Source: Candidatus Giovannonibacteria bacterium (GTDB lineage Bacteria; Patescibacteriota; Minisyncoccia; UBA11713; 2-01-FULL-45-33). From it: 64,000 nucleotides of DNA. The translations under genes were made by a program, and so were the position numbers. The stretch covers positions 283,040 through 347,039 of the forward strand of contig CP066687.1 of assembly GCA_016432405.1 (NCBI GenBank). The letters run 5' to 3'. Shown in pieces: positions 53,244-63,936 of this stretch; positions within the stretch are counted from its first letter, which is position 1, and the number at the start of each line of letters is the position of its first letter. The notes below the pieces were generated by a model. That model had not been told where the DNA came from. It ran no database searches and saw only the letters and a list, made by a program, of their open reading frames with translations.

Positions 53244-55391
53244 ATGCTTTTAAAACGCCTTGAGATATCCGGCTTTAAGTCATTTGCCAAACCGATAACG
53301 CTGGAATTCCCGACGAAAATCACGGCAATCGTCGGGCCGAACGGCTCCGGTAAATCAAACATAGCGGACGCCATCCGCTGGGTTTTGGGCGAGCAGTCAA
53401 TGAAGCACCTCCGGGGCAAAAAAGGAGAGGATTTGATTTTCGGCGGCACTGCGCAGATAGCCCGTCTGGCCAAAGCGTCGGTGTCTCTGGTTTTTAATAA
53501 CAAGGATAAAATTTTTCCTGTGGAATTCGGCGAGTTGGTTGTATCCCGCCGCGTTTACCGCGACGGCGCCAATGATTATGTTTTAAACGACTCGCAGGCG
53601 CGCCTCAAAGACATAATTGAGCTTTTATCCAAGGTCGGGCTGGGCGCGTCGCAGCACCATATTATTGCGCAAGGGGATTCAGACCGCATTCTTTACGCCT
53701 CGCCTAAAGAAAAAAAATCAATGGTGGAAGAATCCTTGGGCCTTAAAATTTTTGAGCTCAAAAAAAACGAGGCATTAAGAAAGCTGGAGGCTGCCGAAAA
53801 CAATATTAAACAGGTTGAGTCCTTAAAGCGCGAAATCCAGCCGCACCTGAAATATCTGGAGTCACAAGCGGAAAAAATGAAAAATGCTGCCCAAATCCGC
53901 AAAGATTTAAGTTCGCTGACGGAGGAATATGTGGGGAGGGAGCTTAAAACTTTGTTCTATGAATCCACTGAAGCCAAAAAAGAAAAAAACCCTCTGGAGG
54001 CGCGCGTCAAAGATTTGGAGAAAGAGATTCGGGAAAGCGAAGAAGCTCTGGGCAGGGAGGGCGAGGCGGAGAAGTTTTTCTCGGAAATAAAAAAACTGGA
54101 CGAGGCACAGGACGCCATTTCTAAAAAAAGGAGGGGATTGGAAAGAGAAGCAGGAAGGGCGGAAGCCGCTTCCGCCCAGCTCTCCCCGGCCGAAGGAGTG
54201 CCAAAAGATAAAATAAAATCCGTTTTGATGGACTTGGCCTCCGATTTGGAAACCGCCTCGCGCTTTGGAATAATGGAGGCGGTGAGGAACGCAATTTTCG
54301 CAGTTACGCAGAAAATTTATAGGTTTTTAGAATCCGTAAACGGAGAGCCGCGCCAGAAAGAATCCCTCTTGCCGGAAGGCGTAAAGTTAAAAGAAGAAAT
54401 CGCGAATTTGGAGAAAGAAGAGAAAGAAATTTCCGGCAGAAGGCGCGATCTCCAGAAAAATTACGAAAGCAGAGCGCTTAAAATCCAAAAGGAGGGGGCG
54501 CTTTTGAGAACAAAGATGGAGGAATTGGCCGGAGCAAAAGATTCTTTGAGAGCGATTTTGGGACGCGAGGAGCGAATGAGCATCTTAAAAAAAGAATTTG
54601 AATTGGAATTCGGGCAGTTTTTAAAAACCGCAAATCCTGCGGGCGAACTCTTGGGAGATGCCCAACGCGCAGATTTTAGAAAGAAAATTGAGCGGCTTCG
54701 CATACGGCTGGAGGAGGCCGGCGGGGTTGATGAATCCGCGCTTAGCGAATTTGAAGAGACAAAAAAACGCGATGAATTTTTGGCCAAGGAACTTGAAGAT
54801 TTAAAAACAACCGCAGCGTCACTAAAAAATATTTTTGATGAGCTTGAAGAAAGAATAGCCAAGGACTTTGACGCAGGACTTTTCAAAATCAACAAGCTTT
54901 TCGGGGATTTTTTCAGGGAAATTTTCGGCGGGGGCAAAGCGGAGATAAGAATGGAGCGTCCCGAAAAGAAAAGAAAACCTTCAGAGGAAAACCCTGAAGA
55001 GAACTGGCAAGAAGAGATAGAGGAGGAACCGGGGCTGGAGATTACGGTAGATATACCCAGAAAGAGAATTAAATCGCTCGCGATGCTTTCGGGCGGCGAG
55101 CGGGCGCTTACATCAATCGCTCTGCTTTTTGCGATGTCCACGGCGAACCCGCCGCCATTTTTAGTTTTGGACGAAACAGACGCGGCTTTGGACGAAGCAA
55201 ACTCGGCGAGATATGCCGCCATGCTCAAAGACCTCGGCAAAAAAACCCAGCTTGTTGTCGTCACCCACAATCGAGAAACAATGAAAGTCGCCGATGTCCT
55301 TTACGGCGTCACAATGGGCGCTGATGGCATCAGCAAACTTCTCTCCATCAAATTTGAAGAGGCCGAAAACGTTTTGGCGAAGAAAAAATAA
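53244..55391 (+). CDS. smc: SMC-family chromosome segregation ATPase (short form)
   Basis: Walker A IVGPNGSGKSNIADAIRWVLG; coiled coil; C-terminal LSGGERALTSIALLFAM...LVLDETDAALD. Confidence 0.8.
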   Translation: MLLKRLEISGFKSFAKPITLEFPTKITAIVGPNGSGKSNIADAIRWVLGEQSMKHLRGKKGEDLIFGGTAQIARLAKASVSLVFNNKDKIFPVEFGELVVSRRVYRDGANDYVLNDSQARLKDIIELLSKVGLGASQHHIIAQGDSDRILYASPKEKKSMVEESLGLKIFELKKNEALRKLEAAENNIKQVESLKREIQPHLKYLESQAEKMKNAAQIRKDLSSLTEEYVGRELKTLFYESTEAKKEKNPLEARVKDLEKEIRESEEALGREGEAEKFFSEIKKLDEAQDAISKKRRGLEREAGRAEAASAQLSPAEGVPKDKIKSVLMDLASDLETASRFGIMEAVRNAIFAVTQKIYRFLESVNGEPRQKESLLPEGVKLKEEIANLEKEEKEISGRRRDLQKNYESRALKIQKEGALLRTKMEELAGAKDSLRAILGREERMSILKKEFELEFGQFLKTANPAGELLGDAQRADFRKKIERLRIRLEEAGGVDESALSEFEETKKRDEFLAKELEDLKTTAASLKNIFDELEERIAKDFDAGLFKINKLFGDFFREIFGGGKAEIRMERPEKKRKPSEENPEENWQEEIEEEPGLEITVDIPRKRIKSLAMLSGGERALTSIALLFAMSTANPPPFLVLDETDAALDEANSARYAAMLKDLGKKTQLVVVTHNRETMKVADVLYGVTMGADGISKLLSIKFEEAENVLAKKK

Positions 55392-55473
55392 TTATCATCG
55401 CAATCTTTTATATATTCCTATATACTCCACAATTCGCGCGAATCGTAGAATGAATAAAAATAAAAGAGCCGCT

Positions 55474-55785
55474 TCAGGAGCGTTTTATTACATAAATAAA
55501 ATTACTCAAAGCGGCTTCTAATTTTATCGCTGACATCAAGAGTACTAAAGTAACGGCTATAAGAGAAGACAGAAAGCTAATCAGTACACAATAATAAGCT
55601 CCTAGTGTTATAGGCCATAAATTGTGCATCCAGAGCGTTTGGCTCCAGCCCAATGCTTTTCCGTTACGTTGTATGATAGGATTTTTTTCAGATGACCAGT
55701 CCCATTTATCTTTTCTGGCGCAGCATAATGAACTTAGAGTATCCAATAAACACGAAAAAAGAAGAATTAAAAGAGCAATCTTCAT
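55474..55785 (-). CDS. Small secreted/membrane protein (hypothetical)
   Basis: aaggggg SD 9 nt upstream of ATG; signal-like MKIALLILLFSCLL; C-terminal TM. Confidence 0.45.
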   Translation of the reverse strand: MKIALLILLFSCLLDTLSSLCCARKDKWDWSSEKNPIIQRNGKALGWSQTLWMHNLWPITLGAYYCVLISFLSSLIAVTLVLLMSAIKLEAALSNFIYVIKRS

Positions 55786-55809
55786 TCTACTTTACCCCCT
55801 TAATTTATC

Positions 55810-56745
55810 CTACCTCGCTTTTTCTGGTTTGTAAAGGTCTTTATCTATTTTTCTGTCAAAGCAGGTTTGGTCAGCTCCGTGCGCCCAGTTTTCGTTGCCG
55901 TAGTAAATATTTTCAGGATAAATAGGCACGGCGCGTTTGGGCGTATTTGCGGACTGGTCTAAGCTCGACAGATTAAATGTCGCGCAGAGTTTGAAGTTTT
56001 CCGCTCGGGCGGTTTCATAAATATATTCTGCGCCGCTTTCCGGGTCTTTGGGGATGGCGACTCCGCGAATCGGGTCATTAAGCTCGTTCAAATTTTTTGG
56101 CAAAGCTGCCTTTTTTACCCAATAATTTATTATTTCTGATTGAATTAACTGGAGATGCTGAACTCTTTGGTCGTCAAATTTCCGGGCGCGCTCTTCTTTT
56201 GGGGAACCCACAAGAAAAAAACCGGCGGCAATCGCCGCAAGGATTATCAAAGACGCGCCGTAGCAAAAAACTTTGTGCGGCGCCTTGTTTTTAATGTCTA
56301 AAATATAATATCCGAAAACAGCGCCGGCTACCGCCAATACTGCAAAAATTTTCAGCAAAAATCTCGTCGTCATCTCGCCCTGGAGGAGATTATAAATCAA
56401 TGTCACCAGGTCTCCGATGATTATTATCCCTGCCAGAAAAAGCGTGAAATAAAGCAGCCATTTTCTTATTTTCATCTCTCGCTTTTCGGGAGTGGCGGCA
56501 TACCCTTTGTTCAAAAACCACGTTGCCCAGATATAAACCGGGAAAACCACGATCAGGCTCGCTATCGCCCAGCGGACGGACGAGCGCGCGGCAAGGAGCG
56601 TGTAATAATTTTCCGAAAGCGCGTCCGGCAGCCAGATGTTGATGTAACTGAAAATCAAATTTATAAACATCCCCGCGCTGACATAAAGCGCGATGATATT
56701 TAAAAGCTGAAGAAATACATCCTTGGGTCCTGTTTTTTCATTCAT
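55810..56745 (-). CDS. Multi-pass membrane protein (DUF5671-like) with extracytoplasmic C-terminal domain
   Basis: 4-5 TM N-terminal half; soluble C-terminal half; common CPR family architecture. Confidence 0.45.
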   Translation of the reverse strand: MNEKTGPKDVFLQLLNIIALYVSAGMFINLIFSYINIWLPDALSENYYTLLAARSSVRWAIASLIVVFPVYIWATWFLNKGYAATPEKREMKIRKWLLYFTLFLAGIIIIGDLVTLIYNLLQGEMTTRFLLKIFAVLAVAGAVFGYYILDIKNKAPHKVFCYGASLIILAAIAAGFFLVGSPKEERARKFDDQRVQHLQLIQSEIINYWVKKAALPKNLNELNDPIRGVAIPKDPESGAEYIYETARAENFKLCATFNLSSLDQSANTPKRAVPIYPENIYYGNENWAHGADQTCFDRKIDKDLYKPEKAR

Positions 56746-56873
56746 AAGCTAAATATAACATTTTTTCCGGCGATTCCCAATCCACAGCTTGCGCGTTGCA
56801 ATGAGCCGGATATTCTTGCTATAAAAAAGCAGGAGCGTTCCGTTGATAAAAATCCATTGCTAAAAAGGAGGCA

Positions 56874-57509
56874 TTGCAGATGGTGACATCCAGAAAGGGC
56901 TCGCAGCTTTGGCTTTCGGGGTTCACGGACGTGGTTCAAAAACCGGAGGAGCTGGCAACCAACCTCGCTATTCTGAAAGAGTGGCGGAGGAACGCCTGCT
57001 TTAAGATTGAACTTTCGGAAGAGCGTTTCAGGGCATGGATTAGATATGCCCATGCCAAAAACGGCAACGGTCATCTGACTTTTTGGCCGAATAACGGCCA
57101 ATGGCTTTTTGAATGGATTGCTGCGGCATTGCCCCAAAAAGATGCCGCCGCGCCGTTTTTCTTGCGTTGCCGGTGCGGATTGCTGCCGGTTTTTTCCAAG
57201 AAATGCGCTTGCGGGAAGCTTAGCTGGTGCCAGCATCACCGGGATTCGGACGCGATGTATGATCATCTTGACCATGAATGTTCGCTTTGGTGCTGCGAAC
57301 ACTTGCATGCCTACCGTAGCAGAGAGGAAAGAATCTGGACAGCGGCGGAAATCTCGGGATTGGTTGAGAAGTTGAAAATTGCGCTTGCTGAACCGCAAGC
57401 GATAAACGGCGCGGTTATTCTCCAGGTGGAATGCCGCCAACATAGCGGCAATCTGGAATTGGTATCCGCGCTCAAGTGGTTCAAAAAAAACGCAAGAGTG
57501 GCAGACTAA
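56874..57509 (+). CDS. Hypothetical Cys/His-rich protein
   Basis: FFLRCRCGLLPVFSKKCACGKLSWCQHH...HECSLWCCEH; terminator ggggcg...cgcccc+T at 57518-57545. Confidence 0.4.
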   Translation: MQMVTSRKGSQLWLSGFTDVVQKPEELATNLAILKEWRRNACFKIELSEERFRAWIRYAHAKNGNGHLTFWPNNGQWLFEWIAAALPQKDAAAPFFLRCRCGLLPVFSKKCACGKLSWCQHHRDSDAMYDHLDHECSLWCCEHLHAYRSREERIWTAAEISGLVEKLKIALAEPQAINGAVILQVECRQHSGNLELVSALKWFKKNARVAD

Positions 57510-57550
57510 TTCTTGTAGGGGCGTGTTTCATCACCGCCCCTTTTTATTTA

Positions 57551-59728
57551 TTATTCCTTAAGCCGAGGTTCAACGCGCTTCAGAAGCACGGCGTTGGTAG
57601 CCACTATTATTGACGAGGCCGACATAAGAAGCGCGGAAATTTCCGGGCGCAAGGACCAGCCGAGGGAGCTGTAAAATACTCCGGCCGCAATCGGGACAGC
57701 AAGCACGTTATAAATCGCCGCCCAAAACAGGTTTTGCTTCATTTTAACCACCGTTGCTTTCGATAAGCGAATCGCGGCCACAATATCGTAAGGATCGGAT
57801 TTCATCAGCACAATGTTGCCGGTCTCTATGGCGACATCGGTCCCCGCTCCAATCGCGATGCCGATATTTGCTTGCGCCAAGGCCGGCGCGTCATTGATGC
57901 CGTCGCCGACCATAGCGACGAATTTTCTTTCATTCTGCAATTTTTTTACATACTTTGCTTTATCGCCAGGGAGGACTTCGGCGAATACTCTGTCAATGCC
58001 AAGTTCTTTCCCGATGCCCTCGGCAACTTTTATGTGGTCGCCGGTAATCATCACAACTTCCAATCCCATGCTCTTCAGCGCCGAGATTGTTTTTTTGGAA
58101 TTTGCTCTGGGAGGGTCAGCGGCGCCGACGACGCCGGCAAAAACTCCGTCAACGGCGAGCAAACTCAATGTTTTACCTTCTCCGGCAAGCCGGTCAAGCG
58201 CGCCGCGCCCGGGCGCGGTTGATACTCCGTTATCTTTCAGCAGTTTTTCCGTTCCGGCTAAAATTATTTTGCCCGCTTCGCCAGAGCCCAAGCGAGGCGA
58301 GCTGCCAATCCGCGCTTTAAGTCCGTGGCCGGCAAGCGACTCAAAATTTTCCATCGCATTTAGCGGCAAAGCGCCGCGCCTCTCGGCTTCTTCCAAAATG
58401 GCTTTCGCAAGCGGATGATTTGACCCTGCCTCAATGCTGGCTTCGTAACGCAAAATGTCGTGCGCGCTAAAATTATTAAAAGCAATGACATCAATAACCT
58501 TCGGTTTTCCCTCGGTAAGAGTTCCTGTTTTGTCAAGAATAATGGCGTTGATTCTTGAAGCGTTCTCCAAAGTAGCCGCGTCTTTGATGAGAATATTGTG
58601 TTTGGCGCCGATGCCCGTGCCCACTGCAACCGCGGTTGGTGTGGCCAGCCCCAAGGCGTCAGGACAGGCGATCACGACAGCGGATATCGCGAATGTCAGC
58701 GCGGTTAAAAGCGCCGCGCCTGCCGCAAAATACCAGCCCAAAAACGCTGCGACTCCGGAGCCGATGGCGACCAGCACAAGCCAGCCCGCGGCTTCGTCGG
58801 CAATCCGCTGGCCGGGCGCCTTGGAATTTTGGGCGGTTTCCACCAGTTTGATGATTTGCGCCAGAACCGTTTCCGACCCCACCTCAGTGGCTTTGAATAC
58901 AACCCTGCCGGTTTGGTTTACGGAGCCGCCTATCGCCTTATCGCCGATTTTTTTTGCGACCGGGATTGATTCGCCGGTAACAAGCGATTCGTCAATTGAG
59001 GACTCTCCTTCAATAATAAGGCCGTCCACCGGTATTTTATCTCCGGGTCTAAGCACCACGATGTCGCCTTTTACAACTTCTGCGCTCGGAATGCTAATCT
59101 CTTTGCCGCCGCGAATTACTTTTGCCCGCGGCGGCACGAGATTAAAAAGCGCGCGAAGCGCGTCGGATGTGCCCCGGCGGGAGCGCATTTCCATCCAATG
59201 CCCGAACAGGACGAAGGTAACCAATAGGGCGGCCGCTTCGTAAAAAGTTTCGCCGCCTATGGTGAAAGTCAAAAGAACGCTGAATAGATAGGCCGCGAGC
59301 ACGCCGGTCGCGATTAGAACCGACATATTTAATTTGCGGGCCTTGAGCGAGTAATAAGTTCCGGTGATAAAGATTGAACCGGTCCAAAAGACGATCGGAG
59401 TCGTCAGAATAAAAAGCAGCCAATTTGCTGGAAGGGGTGTTGGCAGAGTTAGTTTAAAATAATTCAGTCCCAGAGGAGAGTAGAGGACGATGGGGACGGA
59501 GAGAAAAAATGAAATCCAAAACCTGCGCCGCATGTCGGTTTCCATTTGTTTCGCCATCTGCGGATTGGTCATAGCTGCCTCGTGGTCTTTGTGGCTTAAT
59601 TCCGAGACATCGTAACCGTCTTTCCTTTTTTCTTTGGGAATTAGCGCCATGCCGCAGCCCGGACAATTTCCTGGTTCGTTTTTAATTACCTCCGGATGCA
59701 TCGGGCAGGCGTAAATAGTTTGTTTCAT
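57551..59728 (-). CDS. copA: Heavy-metal (Cu+-type) translocating P1B-type ATPase with N-terminal Cys-rich metal-binding motif
   Basis: CPMHPEV...CPGCGM N-terminus; TGES-like, CPD in TM6, DKTGTLT, MVGDGINDAPAL; start at MKQTIY. Confidence 0.85.
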   Translation of the reverse strand: MKQTIYACPMHPEVIKNEPGNCPGCGMALIPKEKRKDGYDVSELSHKDHEAAMTNPQMAKQMETDMRRRFWISFFLSVPIVLYSPLGLNYFKLTLPTPLPANWLLFILTTPIVFWTGSIFITGTYYSLKARKLNMSVLIATGVLAAYLFSVLLTFTIGGETFYEAAALLVTFVLFGHWMEMRSRRGTSDALRALFNLVPPRAKVIRGGKEISIPSAEVVKGDIVVLRPGDKIPVDGLIIEGESSIDESLVTGESIPVAKKIGDKAIGGSVNQTGRVVFKATEVGSETVLAQIIKLVETAQNSKAPGQRIADEAAGWLVLVAIGSGVAAFLGWYFAAGAALLTALTFAISAVVIACPDALGLATPTAVAVGTGIGAKHNILIKDAATLENASRINAIILDKTGTLTEGKPKVIDVIAFNNFSAHDILRYEASIEAGSNHPLAKAILEEAERRGALPLNAMENFESLAGHGLKARIGSSPRLGSGEAGKIILAGTEKLLKDNGVSTAPGRGALDRLAGEGKTLSLLAVDGVFAGVVGAADPPRANSKKTISALKSMGLEVVMITGDHIKVAEGIGKELGIDRVFAEVLPGDKAKYVKKLQNERKFVAMVGDGINDAPALAQANIGIAIGAGTDVAIETGNIVLMKSDPYDIVAAIRLSKATVVKMKQNLFWAAIYNVLAVPIAAGVFYSSLGWSLRPEISALLMSASSIIVATNAVLLKRVEPRLKE

Positions 59729-59736
59729 TAATTTAA

Positions 59737-60162
59737 TTATACTCTTCTTAGCAAGCCCCGCCCCTGCGTCAATAAAATATACAAGCCGATAATAAAGAGC
59801 GTCGCGGAAGTTGCGGCCGAAATCAGACAGTAGAAACAGAGCGCTTTTATGACGAATATTTGGAGATACAAAAACCATACCGATACCAGAAAGCCGACGG
59901 GCGTGAGCCCGGCGGCGACAAAGAGGAATCGTTTTTGTTTCGTCGCTAGGTAGCACAGAAGAAAAGCGATAAGAAGCAGATAGTAAATCGCGCCCAAAAG
60001 CGCCACGGGTAATCCGGCGAATACCGAATAGGCGCTGGCCAAAACCTTGTCGCAGCCCTCAAGCGCTCCGCAAGCGACGTTGGCGCCGGCATAATGGGTG
60101 GCCGTAAGATAAACGGCGTCAGTGAATCCTATAAAACCAATGAGCAGAAATATCAGCAGCAT
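59737..60162 (-). CDS. Vitamin K epoxide reductase (VKOR) family protein
   Basis: CGALEGCDKV loop cysteines and CFYC active-site CXXC in TM4. Confidence 0.7.
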   Translation of the reverse strand: MLLIFLLIGFIGFTDAVYLTATHYAGANVACGALEGCDKVLASAYSVFAGLPVALLGAIYYLLLIAFLLCYLATKQKRFLFVAAGLTPVGFLVSVWFLYLQIFVIKALCFYCLISAATSATLFIIGLYILLTQGRGLLRRV

Positions 60163-60515
60163 TGTTTCATTTTTTCTTCCAGTAATTCGCGCGCCTTTGT
60201 GTTTTGCGGCTCGGCAGTTTCAATTTTTCTGAAAAATAGGAAGTACGCAAGCCCGGCGACAACAACAAGTTCCAACAAAAACACGGGAAAAGTCATATTG
60301 CGTACCGCCAAAAAAGCAAGCAGCATGCCGACGGCGATTATCATGGGTTTTTGCTTTTCAAACTGGTAGGCAATGCCTACAACCGTTCCGCCCATGAGAA
60401 GCGCGATGAGCGGCAGAAAAGTTTCGGACGGCAGATATCCGGCGAGGACCAGCGCCGTAAGGGCTAGCCATGTTCCCGCGACGGCTGAGCAAATTGGACA
60501 AATTCTAAGACGCAT
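60153..60515 (-). CDS. Hypothetical membrane protein
   Basis: 3-4 TM; CPIC N-terminal motif. Confidence 0.4.
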   Translation of the reverse strand: MRLRICPICSAVAGTWLALTALVLAGYLPSETFLPLIALLMGGTVVGIAYQFEKQKPMIIAVGMLLAFLAVRNMTFPVFLLELVVVAGLAYFLFFRKIETAEPQNTKARELLEEKMKQCC

Positions 60516-60523
60516 ATTTTAAA

Positions 60524-61225
60524 TTATAGGAGATAAATAATAATCCCTAAAATCACCATCGCAAGCCCTGCCCACGCTTTTTCGGCGGATTTTTCTTTTT
60601 CCTGCCAACCGCGCACGCGCTCCAGGAGGTTTTTATTGCTTGAGATGAGCAAAACCGCGATCAGGGGCAGGACGAATATAAGGTTATAGACCAACAGATA
60701 CCCCGCTCCGCGGAGGTAGGTGGTTTTATCGTTTAGGAGCCCTACGGCCGCGAGGTAAGGCCCACCGGTGCAGGGAAATTCGCAGAGCCCGACAAGCGCT
60801 CCCAAAAGAAAAGCGGCGGGCAAAGATCCTTTTTCAATGAGCGCCGACATTTTATGGTGAGCGGCGTTTGGAATTTTCAATTTAATCGGAAATTTCGGGA
60901 AGAACCAGTTTATAATGTTGATTCCACCGAGGGCAATCAGAAGCGCGGCTCCGATTTTTGCCATGAAATGCGGGGTATTAAAGAGGTGCAGGACTTGCAG
61001 CAGCCCCAGGCCGATTGCGAGATACACCAGAAAAACCCCGGCGATGTAGAAACCGCCGACGGCGAGGATTTTTGAGCGCAGATGCCCTACTGAAAAAAGG
61101 AAAGCGATGGTGAGGAGCAGAATGGAAAAAGCGCAGGGGTTGATGCTGTTAATGAGCGCGGAGGCGGCTATGAGCGGAAGAAGCCATTCTCCGCCGTTTG
61201 ATAAACTCCAGACGATTTCGGTCAT
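60524..61225 (-). CDS. ccdA: Cytochrome c biogenesis / thiol-disulfide transmembrane electron transporter CcdA (DsbD-beta family)
   Basis: NPCAF and CEFPC conserved cysteines in TM1/TM4; 6 TM. Confidence 0.8.
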   Translation of the reverse strand: MTEIVWSLSNGGEWLLPLIAASALINSINPCAFSILLLTIAFLFSVGHLRSKILAVGGFYIAGVFLVYLAIGLGLLQVLHLFNTPHFMAKIGAALLIALGGINIINWFFPKFPIKLKIPNAAHHKMSALIEKGSLPAAFLLGALVGLCEFPCTGGPYLAAVGLLNDKTTYLRGAGYLLVYNLIFVLPLIAVLLISSNKNLLERVRGWQEKEKSAEKAWAGLAMVILGIIIYLL

Positions 61226-61236
61226 AGGTTTTAATC

Positions 61237-61737
61237 CTAGGGCGTAACAATCGCTTTAATTTTTAATTCCTTCACGCCGCGGTCGGTGTCCAAATAAATC
61301 ACCCGTTCAATCGGGCCGACTCCGGCCGGCCCGTGCGCCGCCGGATCAAAGACGGCTTCCAGCTCGGTTTCCTCGCCGGAGGCGAGTTTAATGTTTAGTT
61401 TCGGAGTAAAGCCGTGCCCGGGCATCCCGAAAGGCCCCCACTCTCCGGCTGCGGTTTTAAGCGTTGCCGCGGTGCACATGCAGGAAGTGTATATTTTGTT
61501 GACGGTTACCGGCTCTGCGCCTGCGTTTTTGATTTTAAACGCGTGCCTGACATTGCCGGCGGCCATTGAGATTTTTCCGAAGTCAAAATTTTCTTCTTCG
61601 GCCGCGAGCCCGCCTCCGGCAGCGGAGGAATTTTTGCCGGGGCTGTCGGCTTTTTGGGCATTGCCAAGCCAGATTATCCCTCCAAGGATAATCGCGCTGG
61701 CCAAAGCCCCCACGACAATATTTTTATTTTGTTGCAT
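61237..61737 (-). CDS. DUF1573-like secreted protein
   Basis: N-terminal anchor; Ig-like beta domain with SCMCT motif. Confidence 0.45.
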   Translation of the reverse strand: MQQNKNIVVGALASAIILGGIIWLGNAQKADSPGKNSSAAGGGLAAEEENFDFGKISMAAGNVRHAFKIKNAGAEPVTVNKIYTSCMCTAATLKTAAGEWGPFGMPGHGFTPKLNIKLASGEETELEAVFDPAAHGPAGVGPIERVIYLDTDRGVKELKIKAIVTP

Positions 61738-61800
61738 AAGAGAAAATTAAATGAATAAAAAGCGCCCATTAAAAACGGGCCTTGAAAAGAAAAATCAAAG

Positions 61801-62175
61801 TTAGCGGCTGTTTTCGCGGAGCGCCAGCCACTCTCTTAGAGATTTCGCGAGCGGGGAGAGTTTGATTTCAGCAGAATTGAAAACAAAGCTGGATTTTGTT
61901 TCGGGAGAGAAAATCTTCGGCGCGGGAATTGAAAAGATTGCGTATCCTGCCAGAAGGAGCGTGAAGATTAAGGCCAACGAGAAACTTTTGAAGGCGGTCG
62001 TATGGAAAAAGGCGACTGCGAAAGCATTATTTTCGGGGCAGATTGAACCGGCAAGAGTTGAGGCCAAACAAATTCTGTGCGCCATATTTTCGTCCATCGC
62101 CAAAAATCCGAACGCCGCGAGGGCGGTAAAACTCAAAATCAGCCAAATTGCGCCTATGGACTTCATTGATTCCAT
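61801..62175 (-). CDS. Hypothetical membrane protein
   Basis: 3 TM. Confidence 0.4.
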   Translation of the reverse strand: MESMKSIGAIWLILSFTALAAFGFLAMDENMAHRICLASTLAGSICPENNAFAVAFFHTTAFKSFSLALIFTLLLAGYAIFSIPAPKIFSPETKSSFVFNSAEIKLSPLAKSLREWLALRENSR

Positions 62176-62194
62176 TATATTATAATGTCACCGC

Positions 62195-63244
62195 ATGTCA
62201 AAGGAGACAAAAAAACAAAAGGTGTTTGTGGCGATGTCGGGAGGCGTGGACTCTTCCGTGGCGGCTTTGATTTTAAAAAATCAGGGATATGATGTCACTG
62301 GAGTTCATATGCTCTGCTGGGATGGTTGCGAAAATAATGAAGACAAGCGGGATGCGACGCGGGTGGCGGCGAAGCTCGGCATCCCGTTTTTGGTTTGGGA
62401 TTTTAAAAAAGAATACAGGGAATACGTTTTTAATTATATGGTGCGTGAATATGCCGAGGGGCGGACGCCAAATCCCGATGTGATGTGCAATAAGGAAATC
62501 AAGTTTGGAATTTTTTTGAAGCGCGCACTAGAGGCGGGGGCTGACTATATTGCGACTGGACATTACGTTAAAAAAAACAGCGATAAACTTTTTGCCGCGA
62601 AAGATAAAAACAAAGACCAGTCCTATTTTCTCTGGACGCTAACTCAAGACCAGCTTAAACATTGTCTTTTCCCGATAGGCGATTATTTAAAAAGCGAAGT
62701 CAGGGAGCTCGCGCGCGGATTTGGCTTGCCGGTGGCCGATAAAAAAGATTCGCAGGGTCTTTGTTTTGTCGGCAAAATTGATTTCGGAGAATTTTTAAAA
62801 AAAGAGCTTCCTAAAAAAATCGGCGCGGTTGTTTCTTCGGACGGGGGAAAAATCGGCGAGCACGACGGCGCGCATTTTTACACTATCGGCCAAAGACACG
62901 GATTGAATCTCGGCGGCCAGCCCCGGCCGGTTTTTGTTGCGGAGCGAGACGTCGCTACAAATACTTTGGTGGTGGCAAGAGGCGCAGACGACCCGGTTTT
63001 GTATCGCCAAGAGATTACTGTAGAGAACGTCAACTGGATAGCTCGCCCGAGAGGAGTTTCTCTTCTTACTCGCATCCGCTATCGCCAACCATTGCAGACA
63101 TGCCGCATTTCGGGAAAAAGAGTGGTTTTTGACAAGCCCCAAAGAGCCGTAGCCCACGGGCAATCCGTCGTTTTTTATAAAGACGGCCCCCTCGATGATG
63201 CCCGGGGCAGGGAAATGCTCGGCGGTGGTATAATAGAAAAATGA
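62195..63244 (+). CDS. mnmA: tRNA-specific 2-thiouridylase
   Basis: PP-loop VFVAMSGGVDSSVAA; catalytic cysteines; about 350 aa. Confidence 0.9.
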   Translation: MSKETKKQKVFVAMSGGVDSSVAALILKNQGYDVTGVHMLCWDGCENNEDKRDATRVAAKLGIPFLVWDFKKEYREYVFNYMVREYAEGRTPNPDVMCNKEIKFGIFLKRALEAGADYIATGHYVKKNSDKLFAAKDKNKDQSYFLWTLTQDQLKHCLFPIGDYLKSEVRELARGFGLPVADKKDSQGLCFVGKIDFGEFLKKELPKKIGAVVSSDGGKIGEHDGAHFYTIGQRHGLNLGGQPRPVFVAERDVATNTLVVARGADDPVLYRQEITVENVNWIARPRGVSLLTRIRYRQPLQTCRISGKRVVFDKPQRAVAHGQSVVFYKDGPLDDARGREMLGGGIIEK

Positions 63245-63936
63245 TCTATCCTTATACGGCGTTTTTGCATCTGGCGATGACGATTTTATCTTTAGCAAGT
63301 TTGGTTTATCTTTTTTACCGCAAGCGGAGTTTAAACAGCGCCGCGGTAGGCAATTATTTTAACTGGTTTTTGCTTTTCTTTTTGTACAACATTTTTCTTA
63401 TTTTACCGCTTGCTCTTTTTGGCGAATTAAATTTTATTAGCGGAATTTTTTATAATTTTGCCCTTTTGTTTTTGGGGTTGGGCGCTTGGCAGGCCTTGGC
63501 GACTGCGCTTGATTTCATGGCTGCAAACAGTTTGCTTAAAAAGACTGTTTCAGCTCTTTATTTGGCGGGCATTGCTGCTGCTATTGGTCTCCATTTTGCT
63601 TTTCCTGAAATCCCTCGCGGGACGCTGGATGGCAACTGGGTTTTGTGGTATTCCAATCAATCCATTTCCCTTTTTTACACTTTATTTATGTTTATAGCCG
63701 GCTGGTTATTTGCTTTGACGTTTTTGAAAGGAATTAACGCCATGCCCGCGCTTTTAAAATTCAGGGGATATTGCTTTGTGTTCGCAGGATTTGTTCTGCC
63801 GTTCGCCGCTTTTTATTATTTTGGCGCGAAAAACGTTATGCACATTTATTTTGCTTTCTCTTTTTCTATTTTAGGGCTTTTACTCTTCGCCGCCGGGAAT
63901 ATCCTTGTTGGACTTTTCAAAGAGTCCGCCTCTTGA
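63241..63936 (+). CDS. Hypothetical polytopic membrane protein
   Basis: 6-7 TM. Confidence 0.45.
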   Translation: MIYPYTAFLHLAMTILSLASLVYLFYRKRSLNSAAVGNYFNWFLLFFLYNIFLILPLALFGELNFISGIFYNFALLFLGLGAWQALATALDFMAANSLLKKTVSALYLAGIAAAIGLHFAFPEIPRGTLDGNWVLWYSNQSISLFYTLFMFIAGWLFALTFLKGINAMPALLKFRGYCFVFAGFVLPFAAFYYFGAKNVMHIYFAFSFSILGLLLFAAGNILVGLFKESAS

